Source of the DNA: Bispira polyomma
Taxonomy: Eukaryota
DNA length: 64,000 nt
Assembly (NCBI GenBank): GCA_965649765.1
Contig: OZ287752.1
Location: 65,348,001-65,412,000, forward strand
Direction of reading: 5' to 3'
The position numbers and the translations under genes are program-made. This document shows positions 24,088 to 36,231 of the stretch, piece after piece. Position 1 is the first letter of the stretch. Each line of letters opens with the position of its first letter. The notes beneath the pieces were generated by a model, which searched no databases, had not been told where the DNA came from, and was given only the letters and a program-made list of their open reading frames with translations.

Positions 24088-26238
24088 TTACCTATGTCTA
24101 CAGCATTTTCTCCTTTTACAGAGGTACACTCCAAAAATAATAGAGAATAATATAACAACACAGCTCACAAAGAATACATACCAATACGTCTTCAAAAATA
24201 ACACAATTTTACTATTTGTACCTGTGATGCAGAACAAGGTTTCACTGCAATATCCTGTATAATTTTTACACGGCTGTCCTGCCATAAGTTTTATGGCACT
24301 TCCATCTTTATTTTTTAGTCCTAGTAAAGAAGCAGGGATACAAGGAGACTTGTAAGCGTCATTACTGTTCTTACTACTGGTACAGCATACTTCACAAAAT
24401 GAATCCTTATGCTTACTATCAGTACAAGAGCATGCCTCTAACTCAAGCAGGCTACATACTGTCTTCAAGCATAGACCATTTTGGCATAGCATTTGTCCCC
24501 CAAAGCATGGAGTGTTGTCTTTGACTTTAGCCGGAGCGGGACAAACTGCAGTGATTCCATCACAATAGGAGGACTCTGAACACTCAGTTTTCTCTTTGCA
24601 AATGATGGTAGTGTCTGCCAGAATCTGGCAGTCAGTATTGCAGCATTTTGATGCCCTTGGACTACATACACCTTTTGTTCTATCTATCTTACAACCAGTA
24701 TTTTGCCCTGGCGTGGCTGGTAAGCAACATTTGTCAAATGTCTCGCATTGTTCTTCGAAGCCACAGTCGCATTCTTCTCCAGGTTCCACTTTCTTGTTTC
24801 CACAAATTGATGCCAAGACATCCTTTAAGCAAAGCTGGCCTTTGCTAGTTATTACTAGAGCCATATCATGAATGCTACAGGGTGAGAATATTCTGTGATT
24901 GGGCTTATTAGCATCATTGCTATAAGGATGCATTAAGAAATTACCTACGGCTCCACCTGGAGCACAGACTAAATCTATGTCTGGATCATGGGAAGCACCG
25001 AATGCATGACCAATTTCATGGACAACAGTTAATGAAGTTACTCTCCGTGGTATCATTACACCATAGTTCATATTGCTAACAAGTAGTGTATTAAAACTAT
25101 ACAAACTGCCATGATGGGATAATTGTCTTTGACAAATACCTCCAGGATAACCATACAGATTAGGAGATGCAATCCACGACAAACCTATTACTCCACCATC
25201 ATAATCTCTATGGGTGAATAGCAGCGATAAACAAACATCACTGTGATCATACTTGGAAAATTTATCCAAAACTTTATCAACGTCTGCGTCCACTGTATTA
25301 AAATTATAATTAGCAGAATTTGCACTGTCATAAATAACTATTTCTACCATTGACAATCCTATTTCTTCACCAGAGCCATTTCTATCAAAGTCAGTGCTCT
25401 TGAATATAGAATCTGCTTCAGTGATGTGAAACAAGATCTCTGCTATTGTCAAATCTACATTTCCTCGACCTATTTCTACAAAAAATGTATGGTCAACAAC
25501 AACTTTTATAGCACAATATCTAAGTATTTGATTGGTTGATGAAAATTCAGCTTTTAGATGAATATTTTCTGTGCTAAAACTGTTCCTTGGAGTCGCAGCT
25601 TTTTTGTGCTTGATGATATTATGTTTATGAAGTTTATCAAGTTCTGCACTATTGTGTGTTTGTTGAAATTGGTTCTTGCGATGAAGATCATTTAAATAAT
25701 ACAGGGATTGTTGTTCCCAAAAGTGAATATCACTTGACTTGTATATAACCATTGGTTTTCTCAGATGTCCTTGTGGAAAATACTTTTTAGTTGTTTCTGT
25801 ATAGAATGTTTCATTTTCAGTCCTAATAAGTCCACTGAAAATACCATTTGCAAGATTTCCATGAGCAAAAGATGCTGTGCCTTCTATGTGTCCAACATAA
25901 TACTTCGATACATTAAATGTGTACTTGTGAGATCCATTGAGGCCAATCTCAGTGACATGCAGATTTGATGCATGTAACAAAGGAGAAGGTTGTCCTTCTC
26001 CCCTCTTACGCCCAGAAATACTGGAAATAGGATTCAAATGTAAAGTAAAATTTCTACCAAAGCCTTGTAACGTTACAATTGTAGCCGCTTTACTGTAACT
26101 TAAAACTCCAAGCTGTGTTTCCTCAAAACAACTAATATACAGATTTAATGGTTTACATTTTTTGTGTTCACTATTATCTGTGGACTCAATGCAATGTAGA
26201 TGAAATAACATGAATCGTAATATATGTGCAAGTAACAT
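24088..26238 (-). CDS. ADAM10/ADAM17-family (kuzbanian-like) metalloprotease, single exon, 716 aa
   Basis: Signal peptide, prodomain, zinc motif HEIGHAFGASHD, Met-turn (NFLMHP), disintegrin CGNKKVEPGEECDCG, Cys-rich domain, TM helix YWYVFFVSCVVILFSIIFGVYL, 10-aa basic tail; uninterrupted ORF. Confidence 0.95.
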   Translation of the reverse strand: MLLAHILRFMLFHLHCIESTDNSEHKKCKPLNLYISCFEETQLGVLSYSKAATIVTLQGFGRNFTLHLNPISSISGRKRGEGQPSPLLHASNLHVTEIGLNGSHKYTFNVSKYYVGHIEGTASFAHGNLANGIFSGLIRTENETFYTETTKKYFPQGHLRKPMVIYKSSDIHFWEQQSLYYLNDLHRKNQFQQTHNSAELDKLHKHNIIKHKKAATPRNSFSTENIHLKAEFSSTNQILRYCAIKVVVDHTFFVEIGRGNVDLTIAEILFHITEADSIFKSTDFDRNGSGEEIGLSMVEIVIYDSANSANYNFNTVDADVDKVLDKFSKYDHSDVCLSLLFTHRDYDGGVIGLSWIASPNLYGYPGGICQRQLSHHGSLYSFNTLLVSNMNYGVMIPRRVTSLTVVHEIGHAFGASHDPDIDLVCAPGGAVGNFLMHPYSNDANKPNHRIFSPCSIHDMALVITSKGQLCLKDVLASICGNKKVEPGEECDCGFEEQCETFDKCCLPATPGQNTGCKIDRTKGVCSPRASKCCNTDCQILADTTIICKEKTECSESSYCDGITAVCPAPAKVKDNTPCFGGQMLCQNGLCLKTVCSLLELEACSCTDSKHKDSFCEVCCTSSKNSNDAYKSPCIPASLLGLKNKDGSAIKLMAGQPCKNYTGYCSETLFCITGTNSKIVLFLKTYWYVFFVSCVVILFSIIFGVYLCKRRKCCRHR

Positions 26239-27066
26239 AATATATACCAGTACCTTTTCAGTGTGTATTTTATACCCGAATAATAGACAGAATCAACCAC
26301 CAGTCACATAGTTCTATACATTACATTTACAACTGCACAGAATGTTTTAATATAATGTATGAGAAATGTGGTCCATATCTCCAGCACACAAGGTATACGT
26401 TAAAAACCTCCCTGCATCCATATATTTGGCCTCAAACTTGCAATACACCTCAATTGCCATGTTATTTTCAATTTTATTTAATACACTATTGTTATCGAAA
26501 TTGCGATGTTCTTGTCAATTTTCATCCTCCATTACACTAAAAACTGCTCTTCAAACTGTAATCATCCTAAAAATAAAGTATAAGATAAACATTAGGACCT
26601 TATAAACCAGATTAGATTTATTTTACAAGATAAATATACAGCACAAAATGTATTTTTACATCAAAACAACGATATCAGTATATCCAAGTTCTTCCACCCC
26701 AAAGTTATATATTATATGTGAAACTCAAAATGTTTATTGATATTTTGTGTTAGAGCTGGTGGAATGTTGCTTCTGATCAGAAGAGTGTTATAAAAGAAAA
26801 TTAGCAGTTTTAACTTTTTGGTTGAGCTGAATTCTAACTAGGGGAACCCTTTGACAATCAGTGATTGCATTACTTTTGTCCCTAGTAATTTAATGCCTTT
26901 TTTACACTCATTGGTAAAAAAAGCCACCCTTGTTAACTCAAACAATATTTTATAGGACAATTGTATTTAATTCCAGTTCATTAGTGGTGAGCACCAGATC
27001 AAAAGTAAAAGTAAAACGGAATAATCTGTGTTATTAAGACCAGAAAAAAAAAAAACGAGATATGCT

Positions 27067-27097
<31 letters not shown>

Positions 27098-28191
27098 GGG
27101 GGGGCAAGTGAAAGCTGTTTCACGTTTCCTGTGAAGGACAGGAGTAATTATGCACCAACATCAATACTATGTATGGTTTTGGTCTTTTAGATCATGTAGC
27201 TGCATCCAAAAGTAATTAAAATATAGGCCATATTTACTTTACGTTGTCTGTGCGTTTTATTGCCATATTCAAAACAATATAACGATATCAAAACAACAGC
27301 CGCGGTTAATTGGCAAGGTGGACTTTAAAGTTAGTGGTCGCCAAAGGGCTCCGTCTCTGATTTAAACCAACTTGTGGGCGATAATATCAAATATTACGTA
27401 TAATAAACATATACAGAGACATCTACATAATTTTCCAGTTTTATTATGTCAACAACTATAAGTACTTTAAAAGAGTTACACCAGTCCATCTTCTATGCAC
27501 ATTTCGTGAAGATTTTTTAGACCCGACGTTTTGAAAACGGTTATTTGGCGGGAATATTCACCACGTGTTGGGTTAAATAAGGTTTTGTTATAAAGGTCTC
27601 ACGGTAGTGTTATTAAGCATTTGAACTCTCGTCTTGTGAAAATGGAGTAGTCAAAGTGTTGTCAAGCTCAAATTGTCCCATGAAAGTCCTATATCATACT
27701 TAGAATATGTTAAAGTAGAAGCTCAATCGTGGAGCTCAATTAAGCTTCATCTTCCATTTCCCACTGGCTGCATTAAATCTTTGCTGATGTCCATTTTAGC
27801 TAGACTTTCCCAGAATTTTTTATTAACAGGACCCATGTAATTAGTAAATAACCGACTAATTTAGCAGTGATATACGTACTGATAGAATTATTGTTGACCA
27901 AACATTGAGTCTGCTAGGGAATATACAGTATAATGTATTCTTCTTAAGCTCAACTAATGCATAGACTGTTTTTTGCTTAAGGCTCCTGTCTAAAATCAGT
28001 AGTGCTTTGACATGGAAAGCTGTACTGTGGGAGTTTTTTCCCTTTTCTGGTTTCAGTAAAATAATCATTGCTAGTTTTGTTACATGTATTAATATATGTT
28101 GTATACACCATTCTGTTAGCCTGGTTGTGATTAATAATTAAACAGCACTGCTTCTTGCCTATCAGTTGTATATATATATATGTTACACCCG

Positions 28192-29773
28192 TACAGTAAA
28201 TACGCAAACTTACTGATTTGGTCAGTAAATATGCGTATTTACTGAAATTTTGTCTCCATTACTTCACAAGTTTACTGGTTGTCATTTCAGTAAACATGTG
28301 TAATGTGAAAACTGAATTTGTTTAATTTATTGTTTTAATTGAATGTGTTTAATTTAGGTTTAAAAGATAAATATTAATGTTTGGTAATTTCAGTGTTTCT
28401 AAATGACATGCATATGATGTGCATGTAGTATTATTTTGTGGTTTGCGTTCTACTAGTTATTTTTGACTTTATTTAGGTCACTTCTTTTTTTTTCTTTTTT
28501 TCTAATTTGAATATTTAACGTCCACTCTAGTACCTGTTTAGGTTATATTGGGATGGGCAGTTGGAAACGCTGGAGGAAACATTGCATACAGTTGATCAAG
28601 GTTCTACAGTAAGGAATTACCACCTTTCCCACATAAGCATTGACAGGATTCAAACTCACGCCGCCCAATGCTTGCTAACCACTATGCCACCGCGGCCCCT
28701 AGGTCACTTCAAAGCACACTACATGTATTTTGTACATTTTTCACAAGTGTAGTCAAAATATTGGTTTCCCTATTGTATTTAAATTAAACACTCTTATTTG
28801 TTTGTAATAATTTTTAAACTTGTTAAAATGAAAAGTTGATTTTAAATTACTATTGAATTAAATAACTACTAATATACAGTAAGGTATAACTTTCCTTTGA
28901 TATTATTGTAAAGAGTTAACTGTGGCTTCTACAGCATCTAAATATTATCAAAGACCTTTGTCTGTAAAGGCCACACTATCTTTGAAGGTAGTATAATAAC
29001 TAGAATAAATTAATCCTTTATAAACCCTACTTTTGTTGTGACTAAACATATGGCTTCTGTGGAAGGTAAATCTCATTAAAAACTCACGATTGAATGCTGG
29101 TCATCAAACTATATGTCATACTTATGGCTACTTAACTTGTAAAATCAATTAGAGGTAAGTTCCAGAAAACTTTAAATGAGTTTAAATAACAATGTGTAGT
29201 GAAATTTAAGAACATAAATGTGTATTACTGGATATCTAGTAACATATATTAATCCTTTAGGTAAATTAATGACGTCTTTATAAAATTCTAAATATTGATG
29301 ATAATGACAAATATAGTAACTAAAGATACATAATGAACTTACCATTACCAGCTATTTATTTATACATAAACTTACTTTCTGTGATAATCTAATTAATTAA
29401 TTGGTATTATTTATTATCAGAGTTGAACATACCACATTACATATGTAATGTGTAAGAAAATGTCATTAAAATTAGCTATTTTAAAAGTTTTTTTAGGTGT
29501 AAATATTTTGAAGATTAATTGTAACATTAATATTGGTGTAATAAATAAAGAGGGACTCATTGATAACTTGTAAAATCACCACCAACATATAATAAAACAT
29601 TATCTGGATAAAAAAGACTTAACTTAAGACGTAACTAGCTAATCATCACTAGAAGAATAATAAGACTATTCAGTAAATACGTAAACTTACTGGAGCTAAA
29701 AACCAGTAAATACGTGTATTTATTAAAATTTTTAGGGATTACGTATATTTACTGACTTCGCTTATTTACTGTA
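28192..29773. mobile_element. Non-autonomous DNA transposon-like element (~1.6 kb) with short TIRs and repeated cagtaaatacg subterminal motifs
   Basis: tacagtaaat at 28192 and atttactgta ending at 29773; the motif is repeated at both ends. Confidence 0.5.
28524..28699 (-). mobile_element. tRNA-derived SINE (degenerate)
   Basis: Minus strand begins gggccgcggTGGCATAGTGGttag (A box) ... GAGTTTGAATCC (B box), followed by a tatgtgggaaaggtgg body. Confidence 0.65.
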
Positions 29774-30134
29774 ATATATGTATGTATTGATATATACAGC
29801 TTTTGGGGTAGGTACTACAAATTAGAATGGAATGGAATGGAACAGCAAATATCGCACCTCCCATAACATCACACCCAGTGAACACACACATAATCATTAG
29901 AATGGAATGAGTGCAATAGAGAAGGTCTGATTGGTTATGTGGGGTGCGATGACATGTTTTATCTATTAATAGCTATATGTTTCTAACCCTTGTTTCAAGA
30001 TAAAAAAAAATAATCTGACTCAATGTTTTATTTCTGTGGTCAAAATTAATTACTTAACAGGTCATGTGACCTATGTGCTGCAATCTGGTCTTGTGTTGTA
30101 GTTGACTTTGGGGTGTAAAAGTCTAATTGATATT

Positions 30135-30955
30135 TCCTTTTGATATTCTTTCATTTTGATAACAATGCTGACTGGAGGAATATATATCCTTTAAGTTTTA
30201 AAATTGTTAAAGATATTTATATTCAGACTCTACAATATAAAATTCTGCACAGGGTTTATAATTGTAATTATAAATTATTTCTTTGGGGTATAGTAAATTC
30301 ACCATATTGTGACTGGTGTTCAGAAATTGACAATCTTGAACATTATTTTTACTATTGCAAGACTGTATGTGTTTTCTGGGAACAAGTTAAAAGTTGGTTA
30401 TCTGTTTTATTAGATATAAATGTTGACTTAACTGTTTTAAAAATTTTACTTGGATTTATCAAGTTTGATCCCAAATTTTTTTTATGTTTTGAATTATGTG
30501 ATATTAATGGGTAAATACTTTGTCGGCAAATGAAAGCGTAATAAAAGAGCAATTTTTTTCTTAGATTTTGTAGTAATGCTCAAAGATAAGCTATATATAG
30601 AAAAAATTGTGAATGATCAATACAAACATGATGATTTAGTTAACAAAAACTTTGGGGTACTTTATGATGTTTTATCAAAAAAAAAAAAAAAAAAACATTC
30701 AGAAAGATCAACATAGAAAGTAAACAACACTATTGTTAGTAATGTTTTGTATTTAATGCAAGTATGGATTTTTGAACATTTGTGTAAAACATGTACTATA
30801 TTCTTTTCTTGCAAGCATATCACTACGAGATTTTTTTTTTTTTTATTTGTAGATACAGTATAAAAACTCTGTCTGCAATGGTTACTATAACTTGTAAATG
30901 TCTCCTCTTTGTTGTTGTTAATAAATAAATAAAATATAAAAAAAAAAAAAAAAAT
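30135..30955 (+). mobile_element. L1/Tx1 LINE 3' fragment (zf-RVT) with poly(A) tracts
   Basis: LQYKILHRVY...SPYCDWCSEIDNLEHYFYYC; poly(A) at ~30677-30695 and ~30938-30954. Confidence 0.8.
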
Positions 30956-31229
30956 ATTGTAAAAATTAAGATACAGTACATATAATTATGGCTTTAATTC
31001 TTTCTCAGCCTTTTAAGTTCACTTCACTAATAACCTAAATTGTATATTCTTTATTCTCTGAATTCTAAAGTTTACTACTAGTTTGTTGTCACTATTTAAC
31101 TCTGTTCTCTATCTGTCTCTGCTAAACACCTAATTACATATGTGTGGGATATTGTGTGTACAATAAATGTTTCATTACTATGCCTTAGAAAAAGACACTT
31201 AATTAGATTGTAGATTTACTGTGAAACGT

Positions 31230-33320
31230 GGCTAAAAGTCAAAGCGGTTTTCTGCTGTACGTCTGTTCGGTAGCGTGACCGTGGAATAATGATCTGGATT
31301 GGATCATGTACTTCTGGTAACCTTAGCAAAGTATCCCGTGTGTAACATATTTAAATAAATTTGTTAGTTCACCAGTCGTTGCTAGGCCGACTGTAATGTC
31401 ACTGTATTGTGATGTCATTGTGGTTGTGATATCATAATTCAGTGGATGGATTTATGAAGGGTTTTGCCATACCATAATAGTGAATGATCATTTTATGGAT
31501 TTAAAACACGGTTTCGCCGAAGAGGCTCGTCAGACGTGTATTACCCAATTTAACGTAGTTAGTTTTAGGCTAACTCTGGTTAAAAATATTCCCTTAGTGG
31601 GAAAAACTGTACATTGTAACTGAGCTTTTGTGAACAGTGTGGGTTAGTTTTTCTCAGTTCCCTATTTACTCTGAGTGCGTGTCTCTTAGTATCACGGGGG
31701 TGTATACTAAATATAAATATGGCATTACAAGGGGGTGACTTAGGAGTTCACCCTGACCAGAGGGTTTTGTTGTAAGATTACAGCGGAATCCAAGCCCAGA
31801 GGGGTATGGAGATGACATTGGGTTCCCAGCAGATCTGAAATGTATATATATGTATAATTTTTGAAAACGTGGCAAAGATCTCTGGGTGGCCCATGGATTA
31901 GTCCTCGATATTAAGGCCTTGTGGCGCATTTGTCCCAAGTTTATGCTGCCAGTTGAGCTCTATGGTTATTCTGATGTTTAGGGCATTAGGGCTTAATGGG
32001 TGGGCATATATGAAATCAACAATATATATTTCAATGTCCGCTAATTCGTGGTGGTCTGGCAGATTATATTGTTGGCCAATGGTGTCCTTTGTATTTTTGG
32101 ATGTGATATTGTAGAAGTGACCTTGAAATCTATCCATTAGCCTTTTCTTGGTTTGATCTATATATTGTAGTTTGCTGGTCTTGCGAGTTATGCAGTAAAT
32201 TAGGTTGCCACTTTTGCAATCAATTTTAATTTTACTGGAATAGTCTCAGCCCGTGAAGGTGATCGTGATTTTGCCTGATGTATTAAGTATTGGGCAATAT
32301 CTGCAGGTTTTGGTGATGCAGGGATTTGGTGAGCCATAGGACCTGTGTTAGTGGGTTTGGTTTTGGGTGGGTATTCCACACGTGCACGGACTAAAATGTC
32401 TTTTAATTTTTGCTTTGTCTGTAGCCAAAAATGACTTTCTTGTCATGTAGGTGTTTAGTGTCATTGGATTTGGTTAAGAAGTTCCAACTTTTGGTGATTA
32501 CTTCTTTGTATCTACCAAAATCTGGCTGATGGGTGGTGATAAGATATACGTTTTTTATCCGATAGTGCTGTTTTCTTGGGGCTAGATACTAACAAAATGG
32601 CTCGATCCTTCCTTCTAGCCTGAATACAGGCTTCCTCTAAGAGTAGTGGGGGGAGGGGGGGGATAGCCCCTTCTAAGGAAATGACGGGCTAGAATGACGA
32701 GGGTTTGTCATAGTTGTCTATGGATGAGCATATGCGTCATACCCTATGAAATTGGCTATAATGTAAACTAGTTTTGCAATGTTTGGGATGTGAAGAAGTG
32801 TACATAGGTAGGTTTGCTGTACAAGTCTACATCTAAGGTTCCTTTAGAGTTGAGGCTGACAGTTGTGTCTAGGAAATTCACAGATGATTTGAGATATTTC
32901 GGATGTTACTTGATGGATTGATGGCAGTGATTTAGTTGTGATATAAAGTCATTTAAACTTTGCCTGCCATCTGCCAAACCATAAAGATGTTGTCTATAAA
33001 ACGTAGCCAGATGAGTGGCTGGTTTGGGTACGTGTATACACTATCATCCTCAAAATTGCCCATAAAGTTGTTGGCATATGAGGGAGCTACTTTGGTTCCC
33101 ATGGCAGTACCTGCAATTTGTAGGCAATATTGTCCATTAAATCCAAAATTGTTTTTAGTAAGGACTATTTCTAGTAGCTGTATTAGGGACTGATTGGTGG
33201 GATGTTGTGCTCCTGGTCGGTATTTTGCAAGAGTTTTTGTCGCCGCTCTAATGCCCTCCTTGTTGGGTATGTTTGTATATAGGGCACCAACGTCCAAGGT
33301 GACTAAAAAGTTTTCCTTGG
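31230..33320 (-). mobile_element. Penelope-like retroelement, 5'-truncated and decayed (RT + GIY-YIG endonuclease)
   Basis: LDVGALYTNIP...GTAMGTKVAPSYAN...WLRFIDNIF (DD mutated to DN); CKSGNLIYCIT...QYIDQTKKRLMDRFQGH...ELNWQHKLGTNAPQGLN. The 3' boundary is approximate. Confidence 0.9.
31506..31539 (-). ncRNA. Decayed minimal hammerhead ribozyme core in the Penelope 3' region
   Basis: Minus strand ACACGU-CUGACGA-GCC-ucuuc-GGC-GAAAC-CGUGU: catalytic core, stem II and stem I pairing are present; stem III and the NUH cleavage triplet are missing. Confidence 0.6.
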
Positions 33321-36231
33321 AAGATTATAGAATTACAAAGACCACAAGTAAACAACAAACAAGAGCAAAAGCTTGGTAAAATATATCAGTTAAACAATTC
33401 TGACATCCAGAGTGTTTTCTTTATTTGTCATTCAGTGACATAACTTATAAAAAGTACATGAATAAAAGATTATATTTTACGGATATAAATATGTATTCAA
33501 TCTGAAGTGCTACTTCTTACTAATTGAAACTAATATTCTTTACAATGTGCATCAACAAAGCCTGAACTTAGTTTTAAGAAATACTTAGAGAGGTGTATAG
33601 CTATAGAATGTCATAGTCTGACCTAAATTTGATTTGCTGCCTTAAAAGTTATGTTGTACATCTTAATTGCAGTAACCATATATGTGGCATTCGGGGTAAC
33701 TGGTGTGTGCCCCTTTTGGGCGATTTCTTCTGTTTGACGTTTAATCTAGGTCAGTGGTCAACTATGACCAAAACGTCAAAATGAACTAGGTCAGTTTAGT
33801 ATACATTAAAGTTGTTGGACTAACTGGGTCAGTTTAGTACACATTAAAGTTGTTGTGCTAACGTATTAGCAAGTAACCTTGGGCAAAAAACTAAAATTAT
33901 TAAGTATATATAATTTCGCCATCATTTTTTTTATTTTTGAGTTGTATTCTTTATTTCGACCATGGTAAATTTATTTATCAGATATTCTATAAGAGAAGAG
34001 TTGTAAAACATAAAGGGCCTTTAAATAATGGATCTAATCTGAAAACAATTCTATGAAATGTCCAGAAAGTGAAGCAATTCATATTACAAAAGGATTAGTG
34101 TACTAAGATAGTGACCTTTATGATGGAAATACGTAACGTCACTATTCAGACCAGTTATTGTCTCCCACCTGCACTGGGTAACTTTGTCCAACATTTTCTG
34201 GGGGGGATTAGCCAACTGAAGGCTTATACCATCTCTTCTAGGCTTGTCAGGCATAAAAAATCTTTAGGTAAAACCATGCACCTGATGGATGTACACAGGT
34301 TTATCCAATGAATAAAGTAATCAGAACTTGTTTTTAATAACTCTTTATATTGGTGGGCGAATTTTAGTTTTTGGTATTGGGTAGTTTTATGTACACCATA
34401 AATCCAGTAACAAAATACCATAGTATTTTAACGGTTGAAAAAGCTAACTTGAAAAAGAATTGTGTTTGATGGAAATCATGATATTGACAGCATATATCAT
34501 GTAATAAAAACACCAAAGTGAAAAACATGGATGTTTAAGTTGCAGTTTTTATTGTAAGAAAATATTGGATCAGTAATAAAGACTCCTCCCATATGGGTAA
34601 GAAAACATCACAGTCTAAGAAAAGTTATCAAGAGTTAACAATTAAGAACAATTACAATTACGATGTTTGTGACTGGAATTAGGTTTTGAAAAATTTAGGC
34701 CCTATTACAAATGTAATGAAATAAGAATAAATACAAAATCATTCAAGGATAATATTCTGGCCTTATACACATCACAAATAGAATTAAAAATTTAAAAAAC
34801 AAAAATTGAACATGAATGTACACATATATTCTATTACAAAGATGTCACAATACAAACATTAGTCTCTTGGTTTTAAAAAGTAAATGTAACAGATAACTTA
34901 ACTGCATATTTACTGAAGCATTTTTACTTTTAAAGTGACAAAACTAAGTAGCAGGAGTGTAGACAAGGATAGCCCACAAAATACTGAATGTTATGAAATA
35001 CGAACCACTCCTCAACATTCAACATACTTACAAATCTATTAAGAGTACTGTGAACTTTGACCTTATAAAGAGGTCATTACCCCAGAGCTTAAGAAACAAA
35101 TATGTACTGTTTGAGAAACACTATTACAGCCATTCTATTTGCTTTACAACATGTCATTCTACTCAAAGTCAATGCCTTGTGATATTGAAATCACAAGGAA
35201 TGCCAAAAAGTATCAAAACATGAAAAATTTGCTATACATTTTAAACTTAAATATCTTGGCTATTTCTCAACAGAATTTGACGCAACAAAAAGTACAGTAA
35301 TTGCAATAAAATAAGCTTTCTGACCATATTTTTATGAATTTATTACCCGTAGTAATTTTTGAGTTAATAAAACATAATTGGCAATTTTTGGGGTTATTTT
35401 CAATGGCATTTGTTTTGCAAACTCCCTTGTGGGGTATGTTTATGACCATATTTTTATGAATTTTTTACCCTTAGTAATTTTTGAGTTAATAATAACTAAT
35501 CGACAATTTTTTGGGGTTATTTGCAATGGCATTTATTTTGCAAACTTACCTGTCATGTATGTTTATATGATGGGACACCCACAACATGGAACCGCCTACA
35601 TAGTAGTAACATATTTTAGGTATCATGGGCTCATTTCAAAATATTACTGGTTTATCATTTTAAAATAGGAATAAAATACTTAAACTCGTATTTTATAAGA
35701 TCTCTGGGGTTGAATTAATGCATAAAGCCTGAACTCCCACAATAATATTACATTTACAGCTGTGACAGCTTAATGTGGGTTTGAAATAATTCTGACATGA
35801 CAACATTTATGCAAAAATCGAAATCTGCATTCATTAAACAATATGGAAAGAATAATTCACAGAAAGTAAGGCAACACTGAAATTCATATAAATTGCTTTG
35901 GTAGTTTTGGTGCAATCATAATAATAAACAAACAAACCATTAATAGTCACAGGTGGAAATAAATATGTAAAGTTTCTCCGAAAAAAAAAAGTATTAGAAA
36001 ACAAAAGACTCTATGGCGATTACATGTATTATTCACAGTGCATGTCATGGTTAAGTTAAGAATAAAGAAATTTCTATAAAGTTCTACTTGAGTCTCTTAT
36101 TAGTAGCTACTAGCATAAACTTGCAAGTTTAGACTATATTAGATTCTCCAGAGTTCATTTTCTCAAAATACCCCTTCAAAATATATATATATATAGATAG
36201 ATTTCGACCTTGGGTCAAATGGTTTCCTTGT

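Noticed and set aside
23695-26545. tacactaaaaa motifs on either side of the ADAM gene as TIRs of a gene-capturing transposon
   Set aside because: They point outward rather than enclosing the gene, and the match is short and low-complexity.
27063-27104. (TG)n plus long G run as a functional G-quadruplex
   Set aside because: Simple repeat with no supporting context; homopolymer length is unreliable.
28640-28699. tRNA gene
   Set aside because: A and B boxes are present but there is no complete cloverleaf; it continues into a SINE body.
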